A stretch of 64,000 nt of DNA, taken from a bacterium. Lineage in GTDB: Bacteria; UBA8248. A program made the position numbers and the translations under genes. This document shows, one piece after another, positions 25,280 to 35,200 of the stretch (the stretch's first letter is position 1; every line of letters starts with the position of its first letter). The notes under the pieces were generated by a model. That model was not told the DNA's origin, made no database searches, and saw nothing but the letters and a program-made list of their open reading frames with translations. The DNA lies in NCBI GenBank assembly GCA_965199855.1, contig OZ241326.1:2211908-2275907 (forward strand), written 5' to 3'.

Positions 25280-26371
25280 TCACTCCCCCACGCAGAAGCT
25301 GAAGAATTCGTCGAACAGCGCGCCCGCGTCATGCGGGCCGGGGCGGGCCTCGGGGTGATACTGCACGCTGAAGACTTTGGGGGCGTCCGAGCGAAGCCCC
25401 TCGCAGGTTCCGTCGTTCAGGGAGGAATGCGTGACGGCGACGCCCGCCGGCAGGCTTTCGGGGTCCACGGCGAAGGAGTGGTTCTGGGAGGTGATGGCCA
25501 CCTTCCGCGTGGCCGCGTCCCGGACGGGGTGGTTCGCCCCGTGGTGGCCGAACTTGAGCTTGTAGGTTCTGCCGCCCAGCGCCCGGGCGAGGATTTGATG
25601 CCCCAGGCAGATGCCCACGACGGGAACCCGGCCGATGATGCGCCGCGCGCTCTCGACGACGTAGCCGAGGGCGGCGGGGTCTCCCGGGCCGTTCGAGAGG
25701 AAAACGGCCGCGGGCCTCCTCGCCAGGACGCTGTCCGCCTCCTCGGAGGCCGGCACGACCTCCAGGTCGAACCTTCGGCTGAGCTCCCGGAAGATGTTGT
25801 CCTTCGCGCCCAGGTCGTAGGCCACGCAGAGCGGGCGGCCCCTTCTCTCGCCGTAGGCGCGCGCGGCGGCGCAGGTCACGTCCTTCACCAGGTCGCGCCC
25901 GTCCAGCCCGGGGCTCTCCCTGGCGCGCCTGACGAGGCCGTCCTCGTCCGGCTCCCGCGTGGAGAGCGCGGCGCGCAGGGCGCCCGCCTCCCGGATGTGG
26001 CGCGTGAGCGCGCGGGTGTCCACGCCCTCGATGCCGGGGACGCCCTCCCTCTTCAGGTAGGCGTCCAGGCTCTCGCTCGCCCGGAAGTTGCTGTGCCGCC
26101 GGCAGACCTCCTTCACGATGAACGCCTCGACCCAGACGCGGCGGGATTCCCCGTCGCCCGGAATGACGCCGTAGTTCCCGACGTGGGGATAGGTCATCAC
26201 CACCATCTGGCCGCGGTAGGAGGGATCGGTGAGCGTCTCCTGATAGCCCGTCATCGCCGTGTTGAAGACGAGCTCGCCCTCGGCGTCCGCCTCCGCCCCG
26301 AAGCCCGCGCCCCGGAAGACCCTGCCGTCCTCCAGCGCCAGGAGCGCCGGCCTGGCTTTTCGCCCCCTCAT
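25280..26371 (-). CDS. carA: carbamoyl-phosphate synthase small (glutaminase) subunit
   Basis: In-frame end of ORF 25280..27418, starting at ATG 26371. Contains LVFNTAMTGYQETLTDPSY and the GATase Cys box GICLGHQ. 4-nt overlap with the pyrC stop. Confidence 0.95.
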   Translation of the reverse strand: MRGRKARPALLALEDGRVFRGAGFGAEADAEGELVFNTAMTGYQETLTDPSYRGQMVVMTYPHVGNYGVIPGDGESRRVWVEAFIVKEVCRRHSNFRASESLDAYLKREGVPGIEGVDTRALTRHIREAGALRAALSTREPDEDGLVRRARESPGLDGRDLVKDVTCAAARAYGERRGRPLCVAYDLGAKDNIFRELSRRFDLEVVPASEEADSVLARRPAAVFLSNGPGDPAALGYVVESARRIIGRVPVVGICLGHQILARALGGRTYKLKFGHHGANHPVRDAATRKVAITSQNHSFAVDPESLPAGVAVTHSSLNDGTCEGLRSDAPKVFSVQYHPEARPGPHDAGALFDEFFSFCVGE

Positions 26372-27690
26372 GGCGCGAGCGCCCCCCGCGCGGAGATTCG
26401 GAGCTCCCCGTCGAGCCGGCTCATCCGCACCTCTCCGCCGACGACGGCGGCCGCGGCGCAGCCCCTGAGCCTCCAGCCCGCGAAGGGCGTGTTCCTGCCG
26501 CGGCTCTCGAAGGCGTCCGGCTCCACGACCACCTCGCGCGCGGGGTCGAGCAGGGTCGCGTCCCCGGGCGCGCCCTCCCGCAGGGTGCCGTAGGGCAGGC
26601 CCAGCGCCTCGCAGGGCCCGGTGGTGAACTTCGCTATCATCTCGGCGAGGGTGAGCGCGCCCGCGCCCACCAGCCTGTCCAGGGCGAGGGAGACGGCCGT
26701 CTCCAGCCCCACGACGCCGAACGGCACGGCGTCGAACTCCCGCTGGGTCTCCGCCTCGTAGTGCGGGGCGTGGTCGGAGGCGATGACGGAGATGGTCCCG
26801 TCCTTCAGGCCCTCCAGGAGCGCGCGCCTGTCCTCCTCGCCGCGGAGCGGAGGCGCCATCTTCGCGGAGGAGTCGAACCCGCGCGTCGCCTCGTCCGTGA
26901 GGGAGAAGTGGTGCGGCGTCGCCTCGCCCGTCACCCGGAGGCCGCGCGCCCGCGCCCGGCGAACCATGTCCACCGCGCCGGCGGAGGAGAGATGCAGGAG
27001 GTGGAGCTTGCCCCCCGTCAGCTCCGCCAGCCGGATGTCCCGATAGACGCAGATGTCCTCGCTCGCCGCCGGGTTTCCGGCCAGGCCGAGCATGGTGGAC
27101 ACCGCGCCCTCGTTCATCACCCGGCCGGCCGAAAGCGAGGCGTCCTCCGCGTGGTCGAGCACGCTCACCCCCAGCATTCCGGCGTATTCGAGCGCGGAGC
27201 GCATGAGCGCGGCCGTCCGCACCGGCACGCCGTCGTCGCTGAAGGCCACCGCGCCGGCCTCCACCTGCTCGGCCATCTCGCTCAGCGCCTCTCCCTCCAG
27301 CCCCACCGAAACCGAGCCGACGGGAAACACGCGGCACGCCCCCACCTCGCGCGCGCGCTTGAGGATGCGCTCGGTGATCGAACTCGTGTCGTTCACCGGG
27401 TCGGTGTTCGCCATGCACGCCACGCCGGTGAAGCCGCCGGCGGCCGCGGCGCGGGTGCCGCTTTCGATGTCCTCCTTGTATTCCTGCCCCGGCTCGCGGA
27501 AGTGGACGTGCATGTCGATGAAGCCGGGCGCCACGACGAGGCCCGCGGCGTCGAGCACCTCGTCCCCCTCGCGCGGGGCGATGCTCCTCTCCCTGCGCGC
27601 GACCCTGCCCTCCTCTATCAGGAGGTCGCTCTCCTCATCGACACCCTGGGAGGGATCGACGACGCGCCCGCCCTTAATGAGCAACGGCAT
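26368..27690 (-). CDS. pyrC: dihydroorotase
   Basis: In-frame end of ORF 26368..28047. ATG 27690 gives MPLLIKGGRVVDPS...GFIDMHVHFREPG (HxH metal site). 440 aa. Confidence 0.93.
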   Translation of the reverse strand: MPLLIKGGRVVDPSQGVDEESDLLIEEGRVARRERSIAPREGDEVLDAAGLVVAPGFIDMHVHFREPGQEYKEDIESGTRAAAAGGFTGVACMANTDPVNDTSSITERILKRAREVGACRVFPVGSVSVGLEGEALSEMAEQVEAGAVAFSDDGVPVRTAALMRSALEYAGMLGVSVLDHAEDASLSAGRVMNEGAVSTMLGLAGNPAASEDICVYRDIRLAELTGGKLHLLHLSSAGAVDMVRRARARGLRVTGEATPHHFSLTDEATRGFDSSAKMAPPLRGEEDRRALLEGLKDGTISVIASDHAPHYEAETQREFDAVPFGVVGLETAVSLALDRLVGAGALTLAEMIAKFTTGPCEALGLPYGTLREGAPGDATLLDPAREVVVEPDAFESRGRNTPFAGWRLRGCAAAAVVGGEVRMSRLDGELRISARGALAP

Positions 27691-28693
27691 CCCGCGCCCC
27701 CCTTCGCGCCCTCTCCGGGGCGGCGTCCGCCTCCCCATCCGGCTCCGCCTCCTCCCGCTCCTCCTCCCTCCTGCCCGAGAGGAGATAGAGAATCGCCATG
27801 CGGCAGGCGACCCCGTATTCGACCTGCTCCAGAATGACGGAGAAGGGGCCGTCGGCCACGTCGGGAGCCATCTCCACCCCCCGGTTGATCGGCCCCGGGT
27901 GCATGATGAGCAGGTCCCGCCCGGCGTCCCGCAGCTTCTTCCTGGTGATCCCGTAGGAGCTGGCGTATTCGCGCTCGCTGGGAAAGGCGCCGCCGGCACC
28001 CCTCTCCAGCTGGATTCTGAGGGCGATGAGGACGTCCGCCCCGTCAATCGCCTCGTCGATCCGCGTCGTCGCGCGCGCGCCCAGGCATTCGACCTCGGCC
28101 GGCAGCATCGTGGAGGGGCCGCAGAAGGTGACCTCGGCGCCGAGCTTCAGGAGGCCGGCCGCGTTCGAGCGCGCCACGCGGCTGCGCGCGATGTCTCCCA
28201 CGATGGAGACGCGGAGCCCCTCGAACTTCTCCTTGTGCGCCCGGATGGTGTAGAGGTCGAGGAGCGCCTGGGTGGGATGCTCGTGGCAGCCGTCGCCCGC
28301 GTTCACGACGGCGCACCCGAGTTCGCGGCCCAGATAGGCGGGCGCGCCGGACGCCCAATGCCGCACGACGAGGACGTCCGTGGCCATCGCCTCGATGTTT
28401 CTCGCCGTGTCCCGCAGGGTCTCCCCCTTGCTCGCCGAGCTCGCGGCGACGGAGAGGTTGATGACGTCCGCCGAGAGGCGCTTGCCGGCGATCTCGAAGG
28501 AGGCGCGCGTCCTCGTGCTGTTCTCGAAGAACAGGTTGACGATCGTCTTGCCCCGCAGGGTGGGAACCTTCTTGACGGCGCGCTCGTTGATCTCGCGGAA
28601 GGAATCCGTCTGGTCGAGGAGAAACAATATCTCCCCGGGCTCGAGCTCCCGAATCGAGAGCAGATCCTTTCTCCGGTACGGCTCCGTTTTCAT
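27674..28693 (-). CDS. pyrB: aspartate carbamoyltransferase catalytic subunit
   Basis: ATG 28693 gives MKTEPYRRKDLLSIRELE. Contains FFENSTRTRASFE (carbamoyl-phosphate site) and HPTQ. The acidic C-terminal extension overlaps the pyrC start by 17 nt. Confidence 0.94.
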   Translation of the reverse strand: MKTEPYRRKDLLSIRELEPGEILFLLDQTDSFREINERAVKKVPTLRGKTIVNLFFENSTRTRASFEIAGKRLSADVINLSVAASSASKGETLRDTARNIEAMATDVLVVRHWASGAPAYLGRELGCAVVNAGDGCHEHPTQALLDLYTIRAHKEKFEGLRVSIVGDIARSRVARSNAAGLLKLGAEVTFCGPSTMLPAEVECLGARATTRIDEAIDGADVLIALRIQLERGAGGAFPSEREYASSYGITRKKLRDAGRDLLIMHPGPINRGVEMAPDVADGPFSVILEQVEYGVACRMAILYLLSGRREEEREEAEPDGEADAAPERARRGARDAVAH

Positions 28694-28715
28694 GGCGTCT
28701 CCCCCGCGGGCGTTT

Positions 28716-29252
28716 TCATTCCGGCTGCCGGAATCGCTTGAAGACGGCGTCCTCGCCGTCGGTCTCCTCAAGATGCACCCGCACCTCCTCGCCCCGCGCC
28801 GCCTCGACGTTCCTGCCGACGAAATCGGCGCGAATCGGCAGTTCGCGCCCCCCCCTGTCCACCAGAATCGCGAGCCGCGCCCTGCGGGGCCGGCCGAAGC
28901 TGACCAGCGCCGCCAGGGCGGCGCGCGCCGTCCGCCCCGTGCAGAGCACGTCGTCGACGAGAATCACGTCCTTCCCCTCGCAGGAGAAGGGAAGCTCCGT
29001 CTTCTTGAGCTTCGTCCGCGCGCCGCCGCCCCGGTTCAGGTCGTCCCGATAGAGGGTGACGTCGAGCGCGCCCACCGGCGGGCGCGAACCCGCCAGCGCG
29101 CGCAGCTCCCCGGCCAGCCTCTCGGCGAGCGGCGCGCCCCTCGTGCGGATGCCGATGAGCGCGAGCGCCGGCAGCTCCGCCGTCTGCTCGAGAATCTCGT
29201 GCGCGAGGCGCCTCAGCGTCCGCCTCAGCTGCCCGCCGTCGAGCTGCTTCAT
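28716..29252 (-). CDS. pyrR: bifunctional pyr operon regulator / uracil phosphoribosyltransferase PyrR
   Basis: ATG 29252 gives MKQLDGGQLRRTLRRLAHEILE. PRPP loop VILVDDVLCTGRTARAAL. 178 aa. First gene of the pyr operon, preceded by an attenuator. Confidence 0.92.
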   Translation of the reverse strand: MKQLDGGQLRRTLRRLAHEILEQTAELPALALIGIRTRGAPLAERLAGELRALAGSRPPVGALDVTLYRDDLNRGGGARTKLKKTELPFSCEGKDVILVDDVLCTGRTARAALAALVSFGRPRRARLAILVDRGGRELPIRADFVGRNVEAARGEEVRVHLEETDGEDAVFKRFRQPE

Positions 29253-29290
29253 CTTCGGGGCGAAGGCCGCCGGCCTGCCGGCCGCGCGCG

Positions 29291-29326
29291 AAAAAAAACG
29301 CCACGCCCCGGGGGGCATGGCGTTCG
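29291..29326 (-). terminator. intrinsic terminator of the pyrR leader (attenuator)
   Basis: On the minus-strand transcript the sequence reads ACGCCAUGCCCC-CC-GGGGCGUGGCGU followed by U8. This is a GC-rich stem with one G-U pair and then eight U. It sits about 40 nt upstream of the pyrR ATG. Confidence 0.7.
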
Positions 29327-29360
29327 GACGATGAGCGAAAAGACACCGGGCATCCGCGCT

Positions 29361-29398
29361 TCCTCCTTCGCCGCCTCACGGGACGGCATTAAAGGGGA
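29361..29398 (-). promoter_or_regulatory. PyrR-binding (anti-antiterminator) RNA hairpin
   Basis: The minus-strand transcript reads CCCCUUUAAUGCCGUCCCGUGAGGCGGCGAAGGAGG. The core UCCCGUGAGGC matches the PyrR loop consensus UCCAGAGAGGC at 9 of 11 positions. The flanking CCUUUAA...GAAGG lower stem fits the PyrR binding-site motif as I remember it. It lies directly upstream of the terminator. Confidence 0.6.
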
Positions 29399-29487
29399 AT
29401 CCCACGCTGTTCTCGTTCGGCGGCGGGCGCGCCGAGACTATTTGGCCGAACCTAGCAGTATTCTCCGCCGGGGGCAAGCGGAATTCC

Positions 29488-29802
29488 TTACGCGCGCTTC
29501 AGAAAATCCATCGCCTCGCCCGAAGCCTCCCCGCGCGCGTCCGCCGGGGGGGCGGATTCCTCCAGAATCTCGAACAGGGCGGCGGCTTCTTTCTTCGACA
29601 TCCGGCGTCCGGCCTCGCCCAGCACCCGAACGCGCAGCGTCCTGCTTTCGAGCCGCACCCTCAGCACGTCCCCGACCTCGACCCGCGAGGAGGCTTTCGC
29701 CGCCCTTCCGTCGATGAGAACGGCGCCCTCATCCACGAGGCTCCTGGCCGCCGAGCGCCGCTTCACCAGGCGGCTGTCGCGCAAAAAGCGATCCAGGCGC
29801 AT
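29488..29802 (-). CDS. S4-domain RNA-binding protein
   Basis: 104 aa. MRLDRFLRDSRLVKRRSAARSLVDEGAVLIDGRAAKASSRVEVGD is an S4 fold. Confidence 0.75.
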   Translation of the reverse strand: MRLDRFLRDSRLVKRRSAARSLVDEGAVLIDGRAAKASSRVEVGDVLRVRLESRTLRVRVLGEAGRRMSKKEAAALFEILEESAPPADARGEASGEAMDFLKRA

Positions 29803-29811
29803 CGCGCGCCG

Positions 29812-31290
29812 TCACCGGGAGATTGCTTTCGGGTCCGCCGAGATGCTGCGCGTCCTCTCCACCTCCGCCTCGAACTCGAACCGCGCGGAGCCGGTGTCCG
29901 TGCCGAACGCGAGATTCCTCTTTCCCTCGCCGTCGGCCCGCAGCGAGAACGCTTTGATGACGTCCGCGAAGCTTATCTTCCCCATATACGTGTTCGGCAG
30001 CAGGTAGCTGTGCCGGAACAGGTAGAGATTCGCGGCGGGGCTGGGGTTGACGAACAGCCGGTGCTTCGCGCCCAGCGCGTCGATGGCGTCCTTGTCCAGG
30101 CTGAGGGCGCGGCCCACGGTCAGCCTGTCGGACCGCCAGCGCGGGCTTTTCCGGTTCGAGCCATACGCCCAGAAAATCCTGCCCTGACCGAGAAGGGCCC
30201 CGCCCTTCGCCTCGGCGAGGGTGATTCCGACCAGACGGAAGGATATCTGCTCGCGCACGTCCCGGAAAAGGGAGGCGAGCCCGCCGCTCGCCGCGCCGGG
30301 GTCGTAGTTGATTTCCAGAAAGGCGCCCCGCCTGAGATCCGCCACCCACTCGCGGCGGCGCTTCGTGAATTTCTCGCCGAAAATCTTGCCGCGGATTTCG
30401 CCCGCCACGCGATCCAGGGTGACCGGCCGCCCCGGATTCACCTTCTCGACGCGGATGACGTGATAGCCGACCCTCGTTCTCGTGGGCCGGCTCGTCCCGC
30501 CCTCCTCCGTCGAGAAGACGAGCTGCTCCAGTTCCGGGAAAACCTCGCCCTTCTTCAGGGCGCCCAGCAGCCCGCCCCGGCTCGCGGCGGGGCCCTCGGA
30601 GGCCTTCCGCGCCACTTCGGCGAAATCCGCGCCGGGCGCGGCGGCCCGCTCGTAGGCGCGCTGCGCCTTCGCGCGCTGCGCCTCCGCGTCGGCGGCGGAG
30701 GCCCCCTCGGCGAGAGGAAAGAAAATCTGGCGCGCCACCCGGGTCTCGCCCTCGCGGTAGTCCTCCGAATGGGCGGCGTAGTAGTCCGCGACTTCCTGCT
30801 CGCCCACGGAGACGCGCGAGCCGACCTCCATGCGCTCCACCTTGCGCGCCAGCATCCTCCTGCGCATCTCCTCGCGGTATTTCTCGAACGACGTCCCCCG
30901 CGTCGAGAGGTAGCGGCGCAGCTGGGCGGTCGTCATCTTGTTCTTGCGGAGCATGTCCGCGATGGCGCTCTCGAGCTCCTTCTCATCGACCTCCGCGCGG
31001 ATGGCGGCGGCGCGCGCCAGGATGAGCTTGTTCTCCACCATGGCGTCGAGCGCCCGGAGCTCCAGTTCGCGGACGCGGCGGTTCAGCTCCTCTCCCTTGT
31101 AGGCTTTCTTCAGCTTGTCGGCGTTCGGCTTGACCAGATCCTGAAGCTCGGACAGCGTGATGATCTCGTCGTTCACCTTGGCGATGATCCTCTCGATCGT
31201 CACCAGCGCCGGCATCGCCGGCGCTGGCGCTCCCGCGAGAGCGCACATCGCCATCCCCAGAATCCGGAGCCGCCTAGCCCGATGCGCCAT
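29812..31290 (-). CDS. SurA-like chaperone / parvulin PPIase with an unassigned ~160-aa C-terminal domain
   Basis: 492 aa. Signal peptide, SurA_N-like helices (RIIAKVNDEIITLSELQDLV...) and a parvulin core (GGLLGALKKGEVFPELEQLVFS...GYHVIRVE). An extra C-terminal region (FRLVGITLAEAKGG...FEFEAEVERTRS) has no motif I recognise. An alternative start at 31254 is possible. Confidence 0.75.
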   Translation of the reverse strand: MAHRARRLRILGMAMCALAGAPAPAMPALVTIERIIAKVNDEIITLSELQDLVKPNADKLKKAYKGEELNRRVRELELRALDAMVENKLILARAAAIRAEVDEKELESAIADMLRKNKMTTAQLRRYLSTRGTSFEKYREEMRRRMLARKVERMEVGSRVSVGEQEVADYYAAHSEDYREGETRVARQIFFPLAEGASAADAEAQRAKAQRAYERAAAPGADFAEVARKASEGPAASRGGLLGALKKGEVFPELEQLVFSTEEGGTSRPTRTRVGYHVIRVEKVNPGRPVTLDRVAGEIRGKIFGEKFTKRRREWVADLRRGAFLEINYDPGAASGGLASLFRDVREQISFRLVGITLAEAKGGALLGQGRIFWAYGSNRKSPRWRSDRLTVGRALSLDKDAIDALGAKHRLFVNPSPAANLYLFRHSYLLPNTYMGKISFADVIKAFSLRADGEGKRNLAFGTDTGSARFEFEAEVERTRSISADPKAISR

Positions 31291-32260
31291 TTTCGAGATT
31301 TTCCCAATGATATTGAACGTTCGCGCTTCGCCTCAGTTTCCCGATCCAGTCCTTGAGCCTCTCCCTGCCCTTCTCGGCCAGCAGCCGCTTCCGGATATCC
31401 TCGCGCGCGGACGCCAGCGTCCGCAAGCTCGGCAGCCTTCTCTCCGAAACCTCCAGCAGGTGGAAGCCCAGGGGACTCTTGAATACCCGGCTCGTCCCGC
31501 CCTGCTTCAGGGACTTCACCACGCTTTCGATGTTCTCGGGCAACTCCCCTCTCTCAAAATACCCCAAATCGCCGCCCGCGTCACGCCCGGGGCCGCGGGA
31601 ATGCCTTCGCGCGAGAGAGGCGAACGACTCGCCATCCAGAATCCGCTTCCTCAATTCGGAAGCCACCTTGCGCGAGCCGACGATGATCTGGCGGATCCGC
31701 CAGCGCCGCCCGACCCGGAATTCCTCCCTGTTCCGCTCGTAGTAGGCCGCTATCTCGGCCTCGGAGACGCTCAGGCCGGAATACACCTCTCTCTCCAGGA
31801 GCTGCTCGATCTCCAGCGTCTCGCGCATGGCCCTGAGCCACCGCTCCCTGTCGATTCCCTCCTCCTTCATCACCGCGTCCAGGTTCCGGCCGCCATACTG
31901 GCGGCGAACGAACTCGACGAAGCGCTCCACTTTGCCCTCGCTCACGTATTCGCCCGTCTCCCGGAAGCGCTGAAGCAGAAGGCGCTTCTCCACGAGCTGC
32001 TCCACCGGGACCCTGGCGGCGGAGCCTCCGGCCGCGCCCGCGCGCCCGCCCCGCGCCATCAGGTGCGCGCGCACGTCCGCCCTGGTGATCGGCTCGCCGT
32101 TCACCTCCGCGACCAGCTCGCCCCCGCTCCCCGTCCGAAGCGGGGAGTCGCACCCGGCCAGCGCGAGCGGCGCCGCCAGGCAGAGGCGCGCCGCCCAGGC
32201 GCCGCCGCGCGAAAGCAGGCGCCGCGCGGCGATCCCGCCTTTCGATGACGCGATCCTCAT
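31274..32260 (-). CDS. peptidyl-prolyl cis-trans isomerase (PrsA/SurA-like, parvulin type)
   Basis: 328 aa. Lipoprotein-like N-terminus (LALAGCDS). Parvulin core GGDLGYFERGELPENIESVVKSLKQGGTSRVFKSPLGFHLLEV. The ATG overlaps the mfd stop (ATGA). Confidence 0.85.
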   Translation of the reverse strand: MRIASSKGGIAARRLLSRGGAWAARLCLAAPLALAGCDSPLRTGSGGELVAEVNGEPITRADVRAHLMARGGRAGAAGGSAARVPVEQLVEKRLLLQRFRETGEYVSEGKVERFVEFVRRQYGGRNLDAVMKEEGIDRERWLRAMRETLEIEQLLEREVYSGLSVSEAEIAAYYERNREEFRVGRRWRIRQIIVGSRKVASELRKRILDGESFASLARRHSRGPGRDAGGDLGYFERGELPENIESVVKSLKQGGTSRVFKSPLGFHLLEVSERRLPSLRTLASAREDIRKRLLAEKGRERLKDWIGKLRRSANVQYHWENLENGASG

Positions 32261-35200
32261 GCCTCCTCCGCCGCCAATTCCTCCCCGGAGACCCTGCGCA
32301 TCTCCAAAGCATCCATGACCTGGACGAGAAAGTCAAAATCCTCCGCCCAGCGCCCCCGGACGCCCGCGCGGAAGGCGCGCGCGTCGATGGGCTCCACCCC
32401 CGGCGCGTCCAGGAAGGCGGCCGCCAGCTCGTAGTCTCCCGGAAAAACCTCGAAGCGCGCCTCCTTCCCGCGCACGTGGATCGCCTTGATTCCGCAAAGG
32501 CGGGCGCGCAGGCGGATTTCCCCCAGCTGCAGGAGGTGGAGGGCGCGCGCGGGCAGCTCGCCGAACTTGTCCCGCAGCTCGACCGCCAGCTCCCGCAGCT
32601 CGCCCGGCGCTCGCGCGGACGCGATTCTCCGATAGACCTCCAGGCGCTCGGCCCGCGCCGGAATCCACGAGGAAGGCAGCGCGCCCGCCACCGGCGCGAC
32701 GACGTCGGGCTCGAGGCGCTCGACGGCCTCGCCCTTCGTCTCCTGAACGACCTCCTCCAGCAGCCGGCAATACATGTCGAACCCCACGGCCGAGATTTGC
32801 CCCGACTGCCGATGCCCCAGCAGATGCCCGGCGCCGCGAATCTCCAGATCGCGCATGGCGAGCCTGAAGCCGCCCCCCAGCTCGCTCAGCTCCTCGAGCG
32901 CGCGCAGCCGCTCCTTCGCCCGCCTCGTCAGGGATTCCGCCGCCGAGACCAGCAGATAGGCGTGCGCCTGGAACCTGTCGCGCCCCACCCGGCCGCGCAG
33001 CTGGTAGAGCTGCGCCATGCCGAAGGTGTCCGCCCGGTTGATCATGATGGTGTTCACCGAGGGAATGTCGAGGCCGCTCTCGATGATCGTCGTGCAGAGC
33101 AGGACGTCGGCCCGGCGGGTGACGAACCGCTCCATCACCTCCTCGAGCTCCTTTTCCTTCATCTGTCCGTGCCCCACCAGAATGCGCGCGTCCGGCAGAA
33201 GCCTCGCCAGAAGCCTGCGCATGGCGGGCAGGCTGGTCACCCGGTTGTGCACGAAAAACGCCTGGCCGCCGCGGTCGATCTCCTTCGTGATGGCCTCCCG
33301 TATCAGCTTCTCGCTGAAGCGCGAGATGTAGGTGCGCGGCGCGACCCTGTGGAGCGGGGGCGTTTCGATGACGCTCAGGTCCCGCGCGCCGGAAAGCGCC
33401 ATCTGCATGGTTCGGGGAATGGGCGTCGCGGTCAGGGTGAGAACGTCCACGGCCACGCGGAGCTTCTTGAGCTTCTCCTTGTGGGAGACGCCGAAGCGGT
33501 GCTCCTCGTCGACGATCAGCAGCCCCAGGTCGCGGAACGCCACGTCCTTCTGCAGGAGGCGGTGGGTGCCGATGACGATGTCCACGCTTCCATGGGCGAG
33601 GCCCTCCGCCACCTCCTTCTGCTCCTTCCGGCTCCGGAAGCGCGAGAGCGTCTCCACGCGGACGGGCAGCGGCTCGAAGCGCTTCCCGAAGGTTTCGCGG
33701 TGCTGATGCGCCAGCAGCGTCGTCGGCACGACGACGGCGACCTGCTTGCCCGCCGAAACCGCCCGGGCGGCGGCGCGGAGCGCCACCTCCGTCTTCCCGT
33801 AGCCCACGTCCCCGCAAACGAGGCGATCCATCGGCCGGGCGCGCTCCATGTCCTCGAGCACGTCGCGAATCGCCTGATCCTGATCCGGCGTCTCCTCGAA
33901 CTCGAAGCCGGCGGATATTTCCCGGTCGAACGCCCCCTCCCCCGAAAAGGCGTGCCCCCGGGCGGCGCTTCGCTCGGAGTAGAGGCGCACCAGGTCGCGC
34001 GCGATGCCCCGGAGCGACTTCTTGACGCTGTTCTTCGTCCTGCCCCAGCGGGTTCCCCCCAGCCTGTCCAGAGGCGGAGCGGCGCCCGCCCCGTGATACT
34101 TGTGGATGCGCTCCACGTCGTCCATCGGCACGTAGAGCCTGTCGCCGCCCGCGTATTGCAGGGTGAGAAACTCATCCTCCCCGTCCCGGTGCTCGATCAC
34201 GCGCGTGCCCACGTAGCGCCCCACGCCGTGCTCCGCGTGCACCACCAGGTCGTTCTCGCTCAAGTCCCTGAAGCCCTCGCCGGGCCTCAAGCGGGGCGCG
34301 CTGCGGGCGCTCCCCCCCGGGGCGCCGGCCAGCAAATCCTCCGCGCGGAAGAACACCCTCCCCTCGTCGGGCAGCCGGAAGCTGGCGCCGAGCCTGCCCT
34401 CGACCAGGGCGGCGTCGCGGCGCTCGTCCAGCAGCGGGGCGCCCCTGGGCAGAATCTCCACGCCCAGCTCGTGTTCGCGCAGGAGCGTCCGGACTCTCAG
34501 GGCGAGGGTCTTCTCCCCGGCCGCGATGACGACGCTTTCGTCCCGCTCGCGCCACGCGCGCAACTGCCGGACGAACGCCTCCACGCGCCCCCGGAAGGGA
34601 TTGATGATTTCCGCGGAAAAAGTCTCGCCCGCCTCCGGCGCCTCCTCCCCGCCGCCGGAGTCCAGCCCCAGGGAGTCGAACGCGAGGCGCGGCCAGATGG
34701 AGAGCTCCTCCCGAACCTCCTCCGGCCCGAGCCACAGGAGGCCCGGCTCGAAGGAGACGAGGCCCCGCTCGGGCGCGAGCCGCAGCTCCTCGTTCACCTC
34801 CTCCCACAGGCGCTCCACCGCCTCGTTCAGGCTTTCCGGCTCGTTCAGAACCCACAGCGCGTCGCCGGGCGCGGCGTCGAACAGCGTGCTCATCTCGGCG
34901 AGAAACATCGGCGCGAGGCCCTCGATGCCCGAAAAGCGCCCCTCCGCCTCCAGGTGATCGAGGAGGCGCTCTACCCTCGCGCCCGTCCCGGCGCCGGCGG
35001 CCTCCATGAGCGCGCGGCGGCCGTCTTCGAGCTCCTCCGGCGAGAGAACGATCTCCCGGGCGGGGAAAGCCTCGACGCTCCGCCGCGTGTTCAGGTTGCG
35101 CTGCGTCTGGGGATGGAAATCCCGCAGGGAGTCGAGCTCGTCGCCGCGAAACTCCAGGCGCGTCGGCCAGGCGCTCTGGGGGGAGAAGAAATCCAGAATG

